From: Candidatus Sumerlaeaceae bacterium
GTDB taxonomy: Bacteria; Sumerlaeota; Sumerlaeia; Sumerlaeales; Sumerlaeaceae
Direction: 5' to 3'
DNA: 64,000 bases
NCBI GenBank assembly: GCA_051003195.1
Contig: JBPCLP010000001.1
Coordinates: forward strand, 39,838 to 103,837
Below, in pieces: positions 21,296 to 30,946 of the stretch (position 1 is its first letter; each line of letters begins with the position of its first letter). The notes below the pieces were generated by a model. The model worked only from the letters and a program-made list of their open reading frames with translations, ran no database searches and was not told where the DNA came from. A program made the position numbers and the translations under genes.

Positions 21296-21715
21296 ATGAG
21301 ACAACATCAGCAGAAACTCGAAATTCGCACTCCCGGGCGGGGGCTGCACGAGATCACAGCGCAGGTGGAACAGGTGCTGGCGGAATCGAAAATTCGCATG
21401 GGCTTGTGCACGGTCTTCTGCTGTCACACTTCTGCCAGTCTTCTCATCCAGGAAAACGCAGACCCAACCGCAATGCGCGACCTGCTGGCCTGGCTGGAGC
21501 GCATTGCACCGGACGGCGATTCCAACTACACGCACGACACCGAAGGACCGGATGACATGCCTTCGCATCTGCGAGCAGCAGTCACCCGTACCAGTGAAAG
21601 CATTCCTGTTTCAAATGGCCGGCTTGTGCTTGGCGCATGGCAGGGAATCTACCTGGCTGAACACCGAACCCGACCTCATCGTCGCCAGATTGTGTTACAT
21701 ATCTTCGGAGAGTAG
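21296..21715 (+). CDS. yjbQ: YjbQ/UPF0047 secondary thiamine-phosphate synthase family protein
   Basis: HTSASLLIQENADP, HDTEGPDDMPSH, LGAWQGIYLAEHR. Confidence 0.93.
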   Translation: MRQHQQKLEIRTPGRGLHEITAQVEQVLAESKIRMGLCTVFCCHTSASLLIQENADPTAMRDLLAWLERIAPDGDSNYTHDTEGPDDMPSHLRAAVTRTSESIPVSNGRLVLGAWQGIYLAEHRTRPHRRQIVLHIFGE

Positions 21716-21727
21716 AGGTTGGTTCCC

Positions 21728-21932
21728 ATCTCAGTCTACGTGCTCGTCGCCATCGTCAAAAAAGAACTCTCTCCATTGCAGCCAGTCCGTACACAATTTT
21801 GCAAATTCTGAGCATCACGCTTTTCGAGAAAACCCCGATTCTACAGGCGATGAGCCACTCCCGTGCATTGGCAGTTGACGAGGCTACGCGCGAACAATTG
21901 AAGCTTCTTAGACTTTGAACCGGACAGCTGTG
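21728..21932 (+). pseudogene. IS4-family transposase 3' remnant with right terminal repeat
   Basis: Translates ISVYVLVAIVKKEL, then a frameshift in a CT run, then SPYTILQILSITLFEKTPILQAM...EQLKLL*; ACCGGACAGCTGTG at 21919-21932; resembles IS4 (DUF4372-type) C-termini as I recall them. Confidence 0.75.
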
Positions 21933-22379
21933 ATGCAAACTAACAAAAGTGAGGACAAATCAATAGAATCTGCCAGCGACCTGAGTTTACAGAAGTTCTA
22001 TCACGGCACAAAAGCCGACCTAAAAACAGGCGACTTAATCGAAATTGGCTTTAGCTCAAACTACGGTAAAAAGAAAAAGGCGAAATATATCTATCTGTCC
22101 GCCACCCTGGATGCTGCTGTTTGGGGTGCTGAACTTGCCTTTGGCGAAGGACGTGAAAGAATTTATATAGTAGAGCCAACAGGCGCAATTGAGGACGACC
22201 CTAACTTAACTAACAAAAGATTTCCAGGTAATCCCACAAAGTCATACCGTTCTCTGTATCCATTTAGGGTCATTGGTGAGATTACGGTTTGGCAAGGACA
22301 CTCACCCGAGCAACTCAAAGCAATGAAGGACCATCTTGAGCAACTTGAGCAACAAGGTATTGAGGCAATAGAGGACTAA
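21933..22379 (+). CDS. arr: NAD(+)-rifampin ADP-ribosyltransferase
   Basis: FYHGTKADL, LDAAVWGAELA, IYIVEPTG, EDDPNLTNKRFPGNPTKSYRS; visibly AT-rich relative to flanks. Confidence 0.95.
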   Translation: MQTNKSEDKSIESASDLSLQKFYHGTKADLKTGDLIEIGFSSNYGKKKKAKYIYLSATLDAAVWGAELAFGEGRERIYIVEPTGAIEDDPNLTNKRFPGNPTKSYRSLYPFRVIGEITVWQGHSPEQLKAMKDHLEQLEQQGIEAIED

Positions 22380-22404
22380 CTAAAGCTACGGCTGGCGAAG
22401 TTGT

Positions 22405-22659
22405 CGCCGGCCGGCCGGGCGATCACAGTTCGAAGTATTAGAACCCCCAGACGCCTTTTTGCACCCCGCCGTGATCGTGCTGCACGGCGCCGATGGACCC
22501 GTTCTGCGGGCAGCAGTCACCCGTACCAGTGAAAGCATTCCTGTCTCTAATGGCCGGCTTGTGCTTGGCACATGGCAGGGAATCTACGTGGCCGAACACC
22601 GAACCCGACCTCATCGTCGCCAGATTGTGCTACATATCTTCGGAGAGTAAAGGTTGGTT
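22405..22659 (+). pseudogene. Chimeric duplicated fragment: part of the downstream hydrolase fused to the 3' part of yjbQ
   Basis: 22405-22504 matches 22773-22871; 22503-22659 matches 21568-21724 with about 8 substitutions. Confidence 0.9.
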
Positions 22660-22696
22660 TGGTGGTTGGCACGACTTCGGCAAAGCAGTTCTTATT

Positions 22697-23416
22697 ATGT
22701 CTTTCGCTGAAAATATTGGACCACCGGACAGTGATGACGAGTCGCTGCGCCAATTTACCAGCATGGTGCCCACGCCGGGCGGCCGCGCGATTACAGTCGA
22801 AGTATTAGAGCCCCCAGACGCCTTGTTGCACCCCGCCGTGATCGTGCTGCACGGCGCCGATGGGCCCGTTCGTAAGGCCGAAGAATACCTCGAAGTCTGT
22901 CGATTGCTGGCGCTCAACGGGTTTGTTGCGTTGCGTCCGCACTATTTCGATTCAGGTCCGCCGCCTGCTCCCGGATATGAACACCTCGGCAACCCTCTTG
23001 CGCACGCCGCATGGTTGCAGGCGGTAGCATCTACCGCGGATTATGCGCAGCAATTGCCCTCGGTATTGGATTCCCCGATTGGTCTCATGGGCTTTTCGCT
23101 CGGTTCGTACCTTGCGCTGGCGGCAGCAGCGTTTCAGCAACGCTACGGCGCGGTCGCCGAGTTCTTCGGCGGCATGCCGGAAATGATCTCCGGCATCGTC
23201 GAACGGATGCCTCCCACACTGATATTGCATGGCGGGGCAGACATGATCGTGCCTGTCGAGGAAGCCTACAAACTGCAGCGGTTGTATGAGAACAAAGGCT
23301 TTGAGCACGAGATCCATGTCTACCCGGGGGAGGCTCACAATTTTACCGTCAATTCCAGGCAAATGGCCAATGCGCGTGCCCTTCACTTCCTGAAGGCGCA
23401 TCTCAAGCGCCCATAA
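22697..23416 (+). CDS. Dienelactone hydrolase family alpha/beta hydrolase
   Basis: PAVIVLHG, nucleophile GFSLG, LILHGGADMIVP, YPGEAHNF. Confidence 0.9.
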   Translation: MSFAENIGPPDSDDESLRQFTSMVPTPGGRAITVEVLEPPDALLHPAVIVLHGADGPVRKAEEYLEVCRLLALNGFVALRPHYFDSGPPPAPGYEHLGNPLAHAAWLQAVASTADYAQQLPSVLDSPIGLMGFSLGSYLALAAAAFQQRYGAVAEFFGGMPEMISGIVERMPPTLILHGGADMIVPVEEAYKLQRLYENKGFEHEIHVYPGEAHNFTVNSRQMANARALHFLKAHLKRP

Positions 23417-23555
23417 GCATCTACGAAAGCGCGTTAAAGCCTTTTTAGCAGGCTTCGGATGGCACACCGATTGCCTTACATATGTAGTCTAGGCATACGG
23501 TCAATTAACTGTCTGGCTACAGAAGTGCAGTGCACTTCAAGGGAGGAAGTTAATA

Positions 23556-24506
23556 ATGATAACTACACGAGTATTGATCGCAGCACTTTCGCTCTCGCTT
23601 GCAACACTTGGCGTTTGCCAGACCGCCAGCACCGGTGGATCCAGCGGTGGGAGTAGTGGAGGCAGCAGCGGCGGAAGCAGCGGAAGCAGTGCATCCGCCC
23701 CCGGTAAAGCGGGCACTGCAGGAGCCGGGGGGACCGCAGGAGCCGGCGTCCGAGCAGGGACAGGTGCGCGCGGCAGCGCAGGAGTCGGAACCGCGGCTAG
23801 TGGAACTGCAGCTACTGGCGTCGCCGGCACGACGTCCGCGAATGGTTCGGCCGCAACCGCTACAGGCGCCAGCAGCGCCGCAACTGGCACCGCCGGTGCA
23901 AGCAGTCCGACAGCCGGCAGTCCAGCCGCAGGTACAACCGCTTCACCAGGCAGCACCGGAGCGCTCCTGGGTGCAGGTACGAGCGGGTCTAACCTGGGCA
24001 CCGGTACAACCTACGGCGCCGGGCACACCAACTTTTCAAACAGTGTCCCAATGGGCGGCAGCACGGCTAACCAGTCCGCTTCCGGTGGCGTGAACCAGGC
24101 AAATAATGGAGTTCCCAACAGCCCAATCAACCCAACCAATAATACAAATCCCTCCGGCCTTGGCCCCGTTGGCGCGCCCGCTGTTCCGCCGGGTAGTCGT
24201 CCTACCATTGACCCCGGGGTGGGCACCGGCGTAGCCGGTGTTCCGGACAACGACGCAGGTGGACCCACCACCAACGACACAGCTCCACTCGGACTGGGAG
24301 TTAACAATGGAACCGGCTTCCCGGGTAGTCCGAACAACAACCTGGGTGGGACGTCGGGAGGGGGCGGTGGCGGAGGATCTGTCGGAGCGACCGGTGGTGT
24401 AGTCGGACCGGGAGGTCTCATCATTAACCCGCCGGCAATCGTCACCAGCGGCACCGTAACGACACCCGTTACCACACCAACGCCAGTAGGGGCACCGATA
24501 CGATAA
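23556..24506 (+). CDS. Secreted low-complexity Gly/Ser/Thr/Ala-rich protein
   Basis: Signal peptide, GGAGG RBS, GSSG repeats, followed by a terminator. Confidence 0.8.
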   Translation: MITTRVLIAALSLSLATLGVCQTASTGGSSGGSSGGSSGGSSGSSASAPGKAGTAGAGGTAGAGVRAGTGARGSAGVGTAASGTAATGVAGTTSANGSAATATGASSAATGTAGASSPTAGSPAAGTTASPGSTGALLGAGTSGSNLGTGTTYGAGHTNFSNSVPMGGSTANQSASGGVNQANNGVPNSPINPTNNTNPSGLGPVGAPAVPPGSRPTIDPGVGTGVAGVPDNDAGGPTTNDTAPLGLGVNNGTGFPGSPNNNLGGTSGGGGGGGSVGATGGVVGPGGLIINPPAIVTSGTVTTPVTTPTPVGAPIR

Positions 24507-24528
24507 CGGCAGTCGCAGTGTACAATCA

Positions 24529-24566
24529 GGGGACGCAACTTCGTTGGAGTTGCGTCCCTTATTTTT
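24529..24566 (+). terminator. Intrinsic terminator
   Basis: GGGACGCAACT-loop-AGTTGCGTCCC followed by TTATTTTT. Confidence 0.8.
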
Positions 24567-24609
24567 AGTGGGCTGGGCTCTCGCACATTCCCTATAAGAA
24601 GGAACGATA

Positions 24610-24972
24610 ATGCCCGCTGGTGAATCGGCCACAGATTGCCTGTTCTGCAAATTTGTCGCCTGCCAGATTCCCGTCGAAAAGCTATACGACGACCCTGATT
24701 CGATGGCTTTTCGTGATATAAACCCGCAGGCGCCGCATCACATCCTCATCATACCCAAGTCGCATATTGCCACGCTGAACGATTTATCGCCCGCTGATGC
24801 TGAAGTTGTCGGGAAATTACATCTGGTGGCTGCTCAACTCGCGCGAGAAAATGGGATCGCTGAGAGTGGCTATCGCACGGTTTTCAACTGCAACCGGGAC
24901 GCGGGCCAGGCGGTGTATCACATTCATCTGCACCTGCTGGGAGGGCGCGAGCTCGGCTGGCCCCCAGGCTAG
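24610..24972 (+). CDS. hinT: Histidine triad nucleotide-binding protein
   Basis: DCLFCK, AFRDINPQAPHHILIIPK, HIHLHLLGGR. Confidence 0.95.
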   Translation: MPAGESATDCLFCKFVACQIPVEKLYDDPDSMAFRDINPQAPHHILIIPKSHIATLNDLSPADAEVVGKLHLVAAQLARENGIAESGYRTVFNCNRDAGQAVYHIHLHLLGGRELGWPPG

Positions 24973-25070
24973 CGGGGTGTGTCTACCGTTAGTTCGTGAT
25001 CAGTTCTGTGTGCCGAATCCGAGGGTAGTTGACTTTTGGTCTGGTAATTAACACTGATTCGGCACACTAG
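24969..25070. mobile_element. ~100-bp MITE bounded by CTAG (copy 1)
   Basis: CTAG...GTCTACCGTTAGTTCGT...GTGTGCCGAATC...CTGATTCGGCACACTAG; homologous to 54988-55087. Confidence 0.7.
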
Positions 25071-26021
25071 CTATTGTTTCTGCATTATCAGCACTTGTGC
25101 AGCGCCGGGCAGACACTCGAAGCGGTACTCGCAATTATTGCCGAGCAGCACGGCCTCACCATCGAGCTGCAGGTACATGGGCTGCTTGCTGGTAACCGTA
25201 AAGCCGCCGAGCACGTAGTGTCCGACCGTGCGGCCAAAGCGCCGCTGCAAACCACGTGAGCGAATGCCTGTTGCCGCGGCCCAGCCTAGCATCGAATCAA
25301 GTCGGCGCTTGCGGAACAGCCAGAATTCCATCGTCCCCGAGCAGGGCCGCACATCATGAAAAAGGCAAAAGCCGGCATAGTTCGAAACATTGCTGAGCAT
25401 CAGCGAGAAACCTTCCTGCGGCGAAACGGGAACAGGTTCGAGCCGGCATTCGGAATCGACGACCGCCGGCGTTGCTCCTTCGCCAAACACAACCTGGAAA
25501 GGCACAACGCGATTCATGCTGAACACCGCGCGCACGCCAGCAAGGAAGTATGCGAACCGACCGCATCGCCGTTTAAACGCGCCGGATACATCGTGGACCA
25601 CCGCTGCGTCAAAGCCGATGCTCGCAAAACAGAGGAAACGCTGCGTGCCGTTTACGAGCCCGACATCCATTGGTTGCGGCGTGGCCTGCAAAAGGTACTT
25701 CACAGCAGCGATGGGGTTCAGAGGAATTCCGAGTGATCGAGCCAGCGCATTGACGGTGCCCATCGGCACAACGCCAAACGTCATGCCGCGACCCAGTGCC
25801 TGGTTCAGCAGGACGTGAATGGTGCCGTCGCCACCACCAACCCAAAGCGTATCAAAATCACCTGCGGCGGCCTGCTCGACCAGTTCATGCGCATGCTCGA
25901 GACTCAGGCTCACTTCCATCCGGTGCAACGCGCTGTCGCCGCGGAGCAACCCGCGAAACTCCTCCAGCAGCGACATTTGCACGGGCTTACGTCCGCCGTT
26001 CACGATGAAAAAAATCTTCAT
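25071..26021 (-). CDS. Diacylglycerol kinase family lipid kinase
   Basis: IVNG, GGGDGT, PMGTVNALARSLGIP, SIGFDA, QLDGE. Confidence 0.9.
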   Translation of the reverse strand: MKIFFIVNGGRKPVQMSLLEEFRGLLRGDSALHRMEVSLSLEHAHELVEQAAAGDFDTLWVGGGDGTIHVLLNQALGRGMTFGVVPMGTVNALARSLGIPLNPIAAVKYLLQATPQPMDVGLVNGTQRFLCFASIGFDAAVVHDVSGAFKRRCGRFAYFLAGVRAVFSMNRVVPFQVVFGEGATPAVVDSECRLEPVPVSPQEGFSLMLSNVSNYAGFCLFHDVRPCSGTMEFWLFRKRRLDSMLGWAAATGIRSRGLQRRFGRTVGHYVLGGFTVTSKQPMYLQLDGEAVLLGNNCEYRFECLPGAAQVLIMQKQ

Positions 26022-26830
26022 GCGGCAGGAGGCGGCGGCGGTGGAACAGTGTCGGGCCGCTGCCGTTGATTTTCCCCCGCGAGGTCGGCAAACAGCAGCG
26101 TGCCACCCACAACTCCCAGCGGCAGGAAGAGAAAGTTCACCAGCGGGATTAGCGCGATGAGTGTCATGGTTGCGCCAAAGCCGAGGCTGGCGCCAAAATG
26201 CGAATGGGCGAATGCTTTTTTGTCGCGCGCCAGCAGCACACCGCGACGTTCCAGTGGATAGGATAAATAATCGACGGCAAAGAACATGGCGGCCAGGAAC
26301 AGCTGCGCGGCTGTCGTGAACGGCGCGAGTGGCGGCACGAATGACAAGACCAACAGCAGCGCGGCGAGAATTCCATAAACCGACAGTCGCTTGCTCTCCT
26401 GGACAAGAGTAACCACCAGGTGCCACGCTTTGCGGCCCACGCCATGCTGCGATGTGTCTCGCCACCCGGTGACAATTTTGTCCGCTCGTTCGCTCAGCAG
26501 GTCGTTAAAGGGAAGCGCCACGAGGCTGCCCAGGATCACGAAGGCAATCAGAGCGGCCACGATCACCAGCACCACCGAGAACCACTCGGCGGCTTTGCGC
26601 AGTGCTACCCAATACCAGCTGGTGCCGGTGAGGTGATGCTCAAACCACGTATCCGTATAGCCGTGCAGCCAGAACACCAGTCCAATGACAAGTGCGGTAT
26701 TAATAAGTAGCGGGATGACACAGTATGGCCAGAGTGAAGGGTGGCGCAGTATAAAAATGGCGGCGCGCAACGGGTAGTGAACTCCGCTGAAAAAACCGCC
26801 GACGTGGCGCACAGGTACTAACGGCGGCAT
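26018..26830 (-). CDS. CysZ/EI24 family membrane protein
   Basis: LWPYCVIPLLIN, ALPFNDLLSE, DYLSYPLERR, IPLVNFLFLPLGVVGGT. Confidence 0.85.
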   Translation of the reverse strand: MPPLVPVRHVGGFFSGVHYPLRAAIFILRHPSLWPYCVIPLLINTALVIGLVFWLHGYTDTWFEHHLTGTSWYWVALRKAAEWFSVVLVIVAALIAFVILGSLVALPFNDLLSERADKIVTGWRDTSQHGVGRKAWHLVVTLVQESKRLSVYGILAALLLVLSFVPPLAPFTTAAQLFLAAMFFAVDYLSYPLERRGVLLARDKKAFAHSHFGASLGFGATMTLIALIPLVNFLFLPLGVVGGTLLFADLAGENQRQRPDTVPPPPPPAA

Positions 26831-26859
26831 AACGTTTCGAGCTTCATGAGGTCTCCCGG

Positions 26860-27816
26860 CTATTGCAAGTACAGCCGTTCTTTGCCTTCGAGGTGCGCGG
26901 CGATTTCCAGGAAGTTCATGATCGGGCTGATCTTCGCCTTGCCTATCAGCACCTCCTCCACCTGGAACAACCCGGCACTGGAACTCATGTGTACATCGAT
27001 GCGTACCGGCTTGCGCGTACCGCGGCTGATGCGAACCGAATCAATCGCGCTCGCGGAGAAGCGGTGGATGTCACCGAGCATTGGATTCTTCGCAAGCTGG
27101 GTAGGTATCTGTGCGCGGCCCTTCGTGCAGTCGGCGCCGTCGCCAATCATCACCACCCCTGCCTCGACGCTGTTAATGCGGTAATGGCCCATATGACCAA
27201 TGATCGCCTCGTTAATGAGACTCTTCATCATCCAGATGCGGCCCTCGTCTTCGTACGCAAGACCCAGATACTGGTCCAGGAAACGATCCGCGATATGCAC
27301 GCTATGCCACTCATGGTTGTCGCGCGTGACGCTCATGCCGAGGTCGTGAAGAAACGACGACATGAACACGGCGATCTTCGCATCCTCGACGCTGCCCACT
27401 TCTTCCACAACGATGGACGGATGAACGCCTCCCTCATCCAGCAGGTCCAGCACCCGCAGCGCATTCATTGCGACGATTCGCGCGTGCACCGGACCATGGT
27501 CGTTGTAGCCAAGCCGTTGGATCGCCACGACGTTCGCGTAGTTCTGGATCGACGCGACCAGCGGGTCGTCGATTATCGCCTCGATGACTTTACAGAGCCT
27601 GCTGCCCGGCAGGTAACTGCGCAACTGGGTATCCAGCTCGCGCTCGACGCGGCTCTTTTTATAGAGTCGCTTGGCGGAGATCAGCTTGCGTTTTTCGCGA
27701 CGTTCCTTCTCCGTGCTCTCGGGCATTCCCGGACCAACGACAGGTTCCGGCTGCTCGCCCGAGACCTCAGCAATGCTCGCCGTCGGATCCGGCAACTGCT
27801 GTATACGTTCTACCAT
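26860..27816 (-). CDS. HD-domain phosphohydrolase
   Basis: RLGYNDHGPVH, FLHDLG, EAGVVMIGDGADC. Confidence 0.85.
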   Translation of the reverse strand: MVERIQQLPDPTASIAEVSGEQPEPVVGPGMPESTEKERREKRKLISAKRLYKKSRVERELDTQLRSYLPGSRLCKVIEAIIDDPLVASIQNYANVVAIQRLGYNDHGPVHARIVAMNALRVLDLLDEGGVHPSIVVEEVGSVEDAKIAVFMSSFLHDLGMSVTRDNHEWHSVHIADRFLDQYLGLAYEDEGRIWMMKSLINEAIIGHMGHYRINSVEAGVVMIGDGADCTKGRAQIPTQLAKNPMLGDIHRFSASAIDSVRISRGTRKPVRIDVHMSSSAGLFQVEEVLIGKAKISPIMNFLEIAAHLEGKERLYLQ

Positions 27817-27903
27817 TCCGCCAGTATGCGAGCGGCTATCATGCCTGAGTCAAGCCAGACCGGGCTATTCCACCCGGCACAGGGTTTGCACCGACTCCGC
27901 TAC

Positions 27904-28776
27904 ATGGAATCGTTTACTGGCGAGGGACCGGGCTCGCTCGCGAAAACCAACGGCCAGCAGAAACGCCGGATCCTCGTGACCGGGGCTGCCGGCAACATCG
28001 GCTCGTACTTCGCCGAGCACGCCTCGTCCAATTACGAACTGCTTCTCATGGTGCACAAGATCGACGAAAATGCGCGCGCACTGGAACGGTTCGGCAAGGT
28101 GGTGGCAGCCGACATCACCGATTTAGCAAAGCTGAAAGACCTCTGCGCCGGCGTCGACACGGTCGTGCACATGGCAGGTGCGCCAAACCCGTCGTCGACG
28201 TGGGACGTGCTTCTGCCGGTGAACATCATTGGCACTTACAATATCATGGTGGCAGCCAGGCACGCCGGCTGCCGGCGCGTGATTTTTGCATCCTCCATTC
28301 ATGCGGTGTCGGGCTACCCGCCCGACGTCCAGGTGAAGACAACCGACCCGGTGAACCCTGGCGATCTGTATGGTGTCTCCAAATGTTTTGGCGAAGCGCT
28401 CAGCCGCTACATGGCGGAGCAGGAAGGCGTGAGTGTCATCGCGCTTCGCATCGGCGCGTTCCAGCCGCTCTCGCGCGCCAAGAACCCGGATAGTATAGCA
28501 ATGATGGATGCGTACGTGTCCCACCGCGATCTGCATCAGCTCCTGGTAAAGTGCATCGAGGTGGAGAATGTAAGGTTCGCGATTCTGAACGGCCTGAGCG
28601 ACAACCGTTTCAAGCGGCTCGACATCTCCGACGCCCGCGAACTGGTCGGGTATGAGCCTGTCGACGACCTCACCGAATTGAACCCGCGGCTCAAGCACCT
28701 GGAGCTGAGCGAAACCGTGGCCGCGCACAACCTGTCCGATGAGAAGCAGGAAAGCGGCCTTCGCAACGATCTGTAA
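27904..28776 (+). CDS. NAD-dependent epimerase/dehydratase (uronate dehydrogenase-like)
   Basis: ILVTGAAGNIG, FASSIHAV, YGVSK, LRIG. Confidence 0.88.
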   Translation: MESFTGEGPGSLAKTNGQQKRRILVTGAAGNIGSYFAEHASSNYELLLMVHKIDENARALERFGKVVAADITDLAKLKDLCAGVDTVVHMAGAPNPSSTWDVLLPVNIIGTYNIMVAARHAGCRRVIFASSIHAVSGYPPDVQVKTTDPVNPGDLYGVSKCFGEALSRYMAEQEGVSVIALRIGAFQPLSRAKNPDSIAMMDAYVSHRDLHQLLVKCIEVENVRFAILNGLSDNRFKRLDISDARELVGYEPVDDLTELNPRLKHLELSETVAAHNLSDEKQESGLRNDL

Positions 28777-28841
28777 CGCCTTTTCGTTTGTGTATCATGG
28801 CACGCGGCTTGCCTTCTGTAATGGCCCATCAGGAGGCGGAA

Positions 28842-29120
28842 ATGGCACGAGAAACATCCGATGGATCAGTTTGGTACTTTAGTATTTTCCTCGCACTTGC
28901 GGCAGCCGCAGCCGTGGTGAGCACATCCGAGCTGGTGGGCGATGCTGCCGCGCTTGCACAGTTTTTTGCGCTGTTGTTTGGCGCCTTTGCAGTCTTTACG
29001 CTCTGGATGGAGCGACGCAATTCACCCAGCCCCGTGCACGATGAAAGCGTCGTGCCTCATCCGGCCTGCGCGGTGGATGAGCGGCCCGCAAAGCGCAACG
29101 CAACGAAGTTCCCGGCTTAA
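28842..29120 (+). CDS. Small two-TM membrane protein (DUF1328-like)
   Basis: AGGAGG RBS, two hydrophobic helices. Confidence 0.55.
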   Translation: MARETSDGSVWYFSIFLALAAAAAVVSTSELVGDAAALAQFFALLFGAFAVFTLWMERRNSPSPVHDESVVPHPACAVDERPAKRNATKFPA

Positions 29121-29176
29121 GTTAACACGCTTATTTGGCTAGTGTGGCCCACCCAACAGGATCCCAGCGCGCAAAC

Positions 29177-30235
29177 ATGGACAAAAACACGCTTTTAAGA
29201 ATCAGCACAAAACTCATCGCATGCGCGGTGATCTGCACTACGACTTCGGCGCACGCAATCGACGATGAAAGGGTTGCCGAGGTCACGGTAAAGGCAACTC
29301 TGCCGATGCCTTCCGCACGGCTGGGCAGCATCGTGTTCAACGGGAAACTCTGGATGTTTGGCGGCATCGGACCCGCGGGCTGGTCCGAGCAGGTACACTC
29401 CGCGCAAATACTTCCCGACGGCGGGCTGGGCCACTGGCGCATGGATGCGCTGTTACCCGATCGCCGCGCAATGATCGGCAACGGCGTGCATGTCGCGCAA
29501 AATTATTTCTATGTATTCGGGCGCGCGGCTGCCCCTATTCGTTCTGGCGTGGTGGAAGACGGCCGGCTCACGGCGTGGAAAAGTTTGCCGGACTGCGCAG
29601 GCAAACCGCTGTCCAACCAGGCAAGCTGTGTTACCGAACATTGGCTGTACGTCCTGGGCGGGCGCGACGGTGAGAAACTGAGTTCGGCGGTGCAGGTGCT
29701 CGATATCAGTCAGCCTGGCGGTCCTTCGCCGCAATGGCGTCAAACTACTGCGCTCCCGATACCCGTGTGGTTCCACGTTGCGGCGGTACACAAGGACCGC
29801 ATGTACGTGTGGGGTGGAAGCCTGAAAAGCGGGAGCGAGCTTAACCCCGACGTATTCAGCGCGGAGCTGAACCATGCGGACGGCACCCTTGGCGAGTGGC
29901 GAAAAGAAACACCGATGCCTTTGCCGGTCTACGCCGGCGCCGGCACTATCGTTAATGGGTCTCTCGTCAGCGTGGCGGGCAGGTACCGCACCGGTTATGC
30001 AACCAACGTCACCTGGATTGCGCCTATTCAAAAGGACGGCAAGGTTGGCGAGTGGCGCCACGTGAAGTCGAACATGGACAAGAGAATGTACCACTCCATC
30101 GCCGCAGATATGGCCGGTAGGAGATTGTACGTGCTGGGAGGCTACTCCGGCGATGGACTTTCCGAGCCCGAGCGGCATGCCAGCGTCGATACCGTCGTCG
30201 CGCTGAACCTCTCGGCGCTGGGCCTGGCGAACTAA
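29177..30235 (+). CDS. Secreted Kelch-repeat beta-propeller protein
   Basis: Signal peptide; repeated LWMFGG/LYVLGG/MYVWGG with downstream W. Confidence 0.85.
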   Translation: MDKNTLLRISTKLIACAVICTTTSAHAIDDERVAEVTVKATLPMPSARLGSIVFNGKLWMFGGIGPAGWSEQVHSAQILPDGGLGHWRMDALLPDRRAMIGNGVHVAQNYFYVFGRAAAPIRSGVVEDGRLTAWKSLPDCAGKPLSNQASCVTEHWLYVLGGRDGEKLSSAVQVLDISQPGGPSPQWRQTTALPIPVWFHVAAVHKDRMYVWGGSLKSGSELNPDVFSAELNHADGTLGEWRKETPMPLPVYAGAGTIVNGSLVSVAGRYRTGYATNVTWIAPIQKDGKVGEWRHVKSNMDKRMYHSIAADMAGRRLYVLGGYSGDGLSEPERHASVDTVVALNLSALGLAN

Positions 30236-30595
30236 CCGCCCGGTGCGGGCGGTAATTTTTATCCACGAATGCACATGAAACACCTGGAATGATGTGAGGG
30301 TCTGAGGCCGCGGCGGTGGCGATTAGAGGGTTTTCAAGTTTTCAAGTTTTTCAAGTTGGTTTCAAGTTTGCGGTGTAGAAGCTTGAAAGGCTTGCAGATA
30401 AATCAAGTTGGCGAAAAATGGGTAATTTCGCCACTTGAAAAACGGTAATCCTCGCGTAAGAATTCGCCGGGGCCGTGGTTTTCCCGCTTCCTTGCGCGAT
30501 GGGCGGCTTTTTCCGCCAGGCGCAAAGACGTAAAATGCCACGCGGATTGGGCTGCTAAAGTCCGTCTGCCGTCAGTCACGGCGTTCGGGCTGCAT

Positions 30596-30609
30596 AGTTT
30601 TCAAAGAAC
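30596..30609 (-). promoter_or_regulatory. boxA-like antitermination motif (also 58231-58244)
   Basis: Minus strand reads GTTCTTTGAAAACT, like Firmicutes-type rrn boxA; identical in copies A and B. Confidence 0.5.
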
Positions 30610-30878
30610 GTGTTCAGCTTTACTACGCTGACACGTTTACACCAGTTTGGTGGGGCCTGTCACTTCCCTGGCGTACCCTTCAGGTGGGGTAAGTCCAATA
30701 AAGTCGAAGAACATTTTGGACGAACGCGCGCGGGTGCGTGCCGGCAACTCCGGATGAGGGTCCTTGCTTCGAGGTGCCATGCTGATGAGGGCTTCCGTGA
30801 GAAAGTTTGATCGTCGAGCGTCACAGAGTAGACGCGCTCCCAAGGCCCCGTAGATGATCTTGTGGTGAAGTATTGCTG

Positions 30879-30909
30879 ACGCTAGCAAATTAATTAGTGA
30901 AAACGTCAA
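30879..30909 (-). promoter_or_regulatory. Putative sigma70 promoter at the element end (also 58530-58560, 61121-61151, 62862-62892)
   Basis: TTGACG-19 nt-TAGCGT (TAGCAT in copy C); spacing kept in all four copies; TG extended -10 in A, B and D. Confidence 0.55.
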
Positions 30910-30946
30910 CCGCCCCCTAAATTCGTCAAAAGCTACCTATATCCAG

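Larger units (their letters stand above)
30331..30912 (-). repeat. ~590-nt structured non-coding repeat element, copy A (full)
   Basis: Colinear and highly similar to 57968-58563; indels between copies break reading frames. Confidence 0.9.

Noticed and set aside
22373..22404. Integron attC site after arr (TAAC at the stop)
   Set aside because: No matching GTTRRRY end or palindromic attC body; sequence switches to the duplicated hydrolase fragment within ~25 nt
26863..27903. Long N-terminal extension of the 637-aa epimerase ORF
   Set aside because: Antisense shadow of the HD-domain gene; the Rossmann fold starts after 27904
30331..30912. rRNA operon leader or CRISPR leader (tandem promoters plus boxA)
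   Set aside because: No 16S sequence or repeat-spacer array follows any copy
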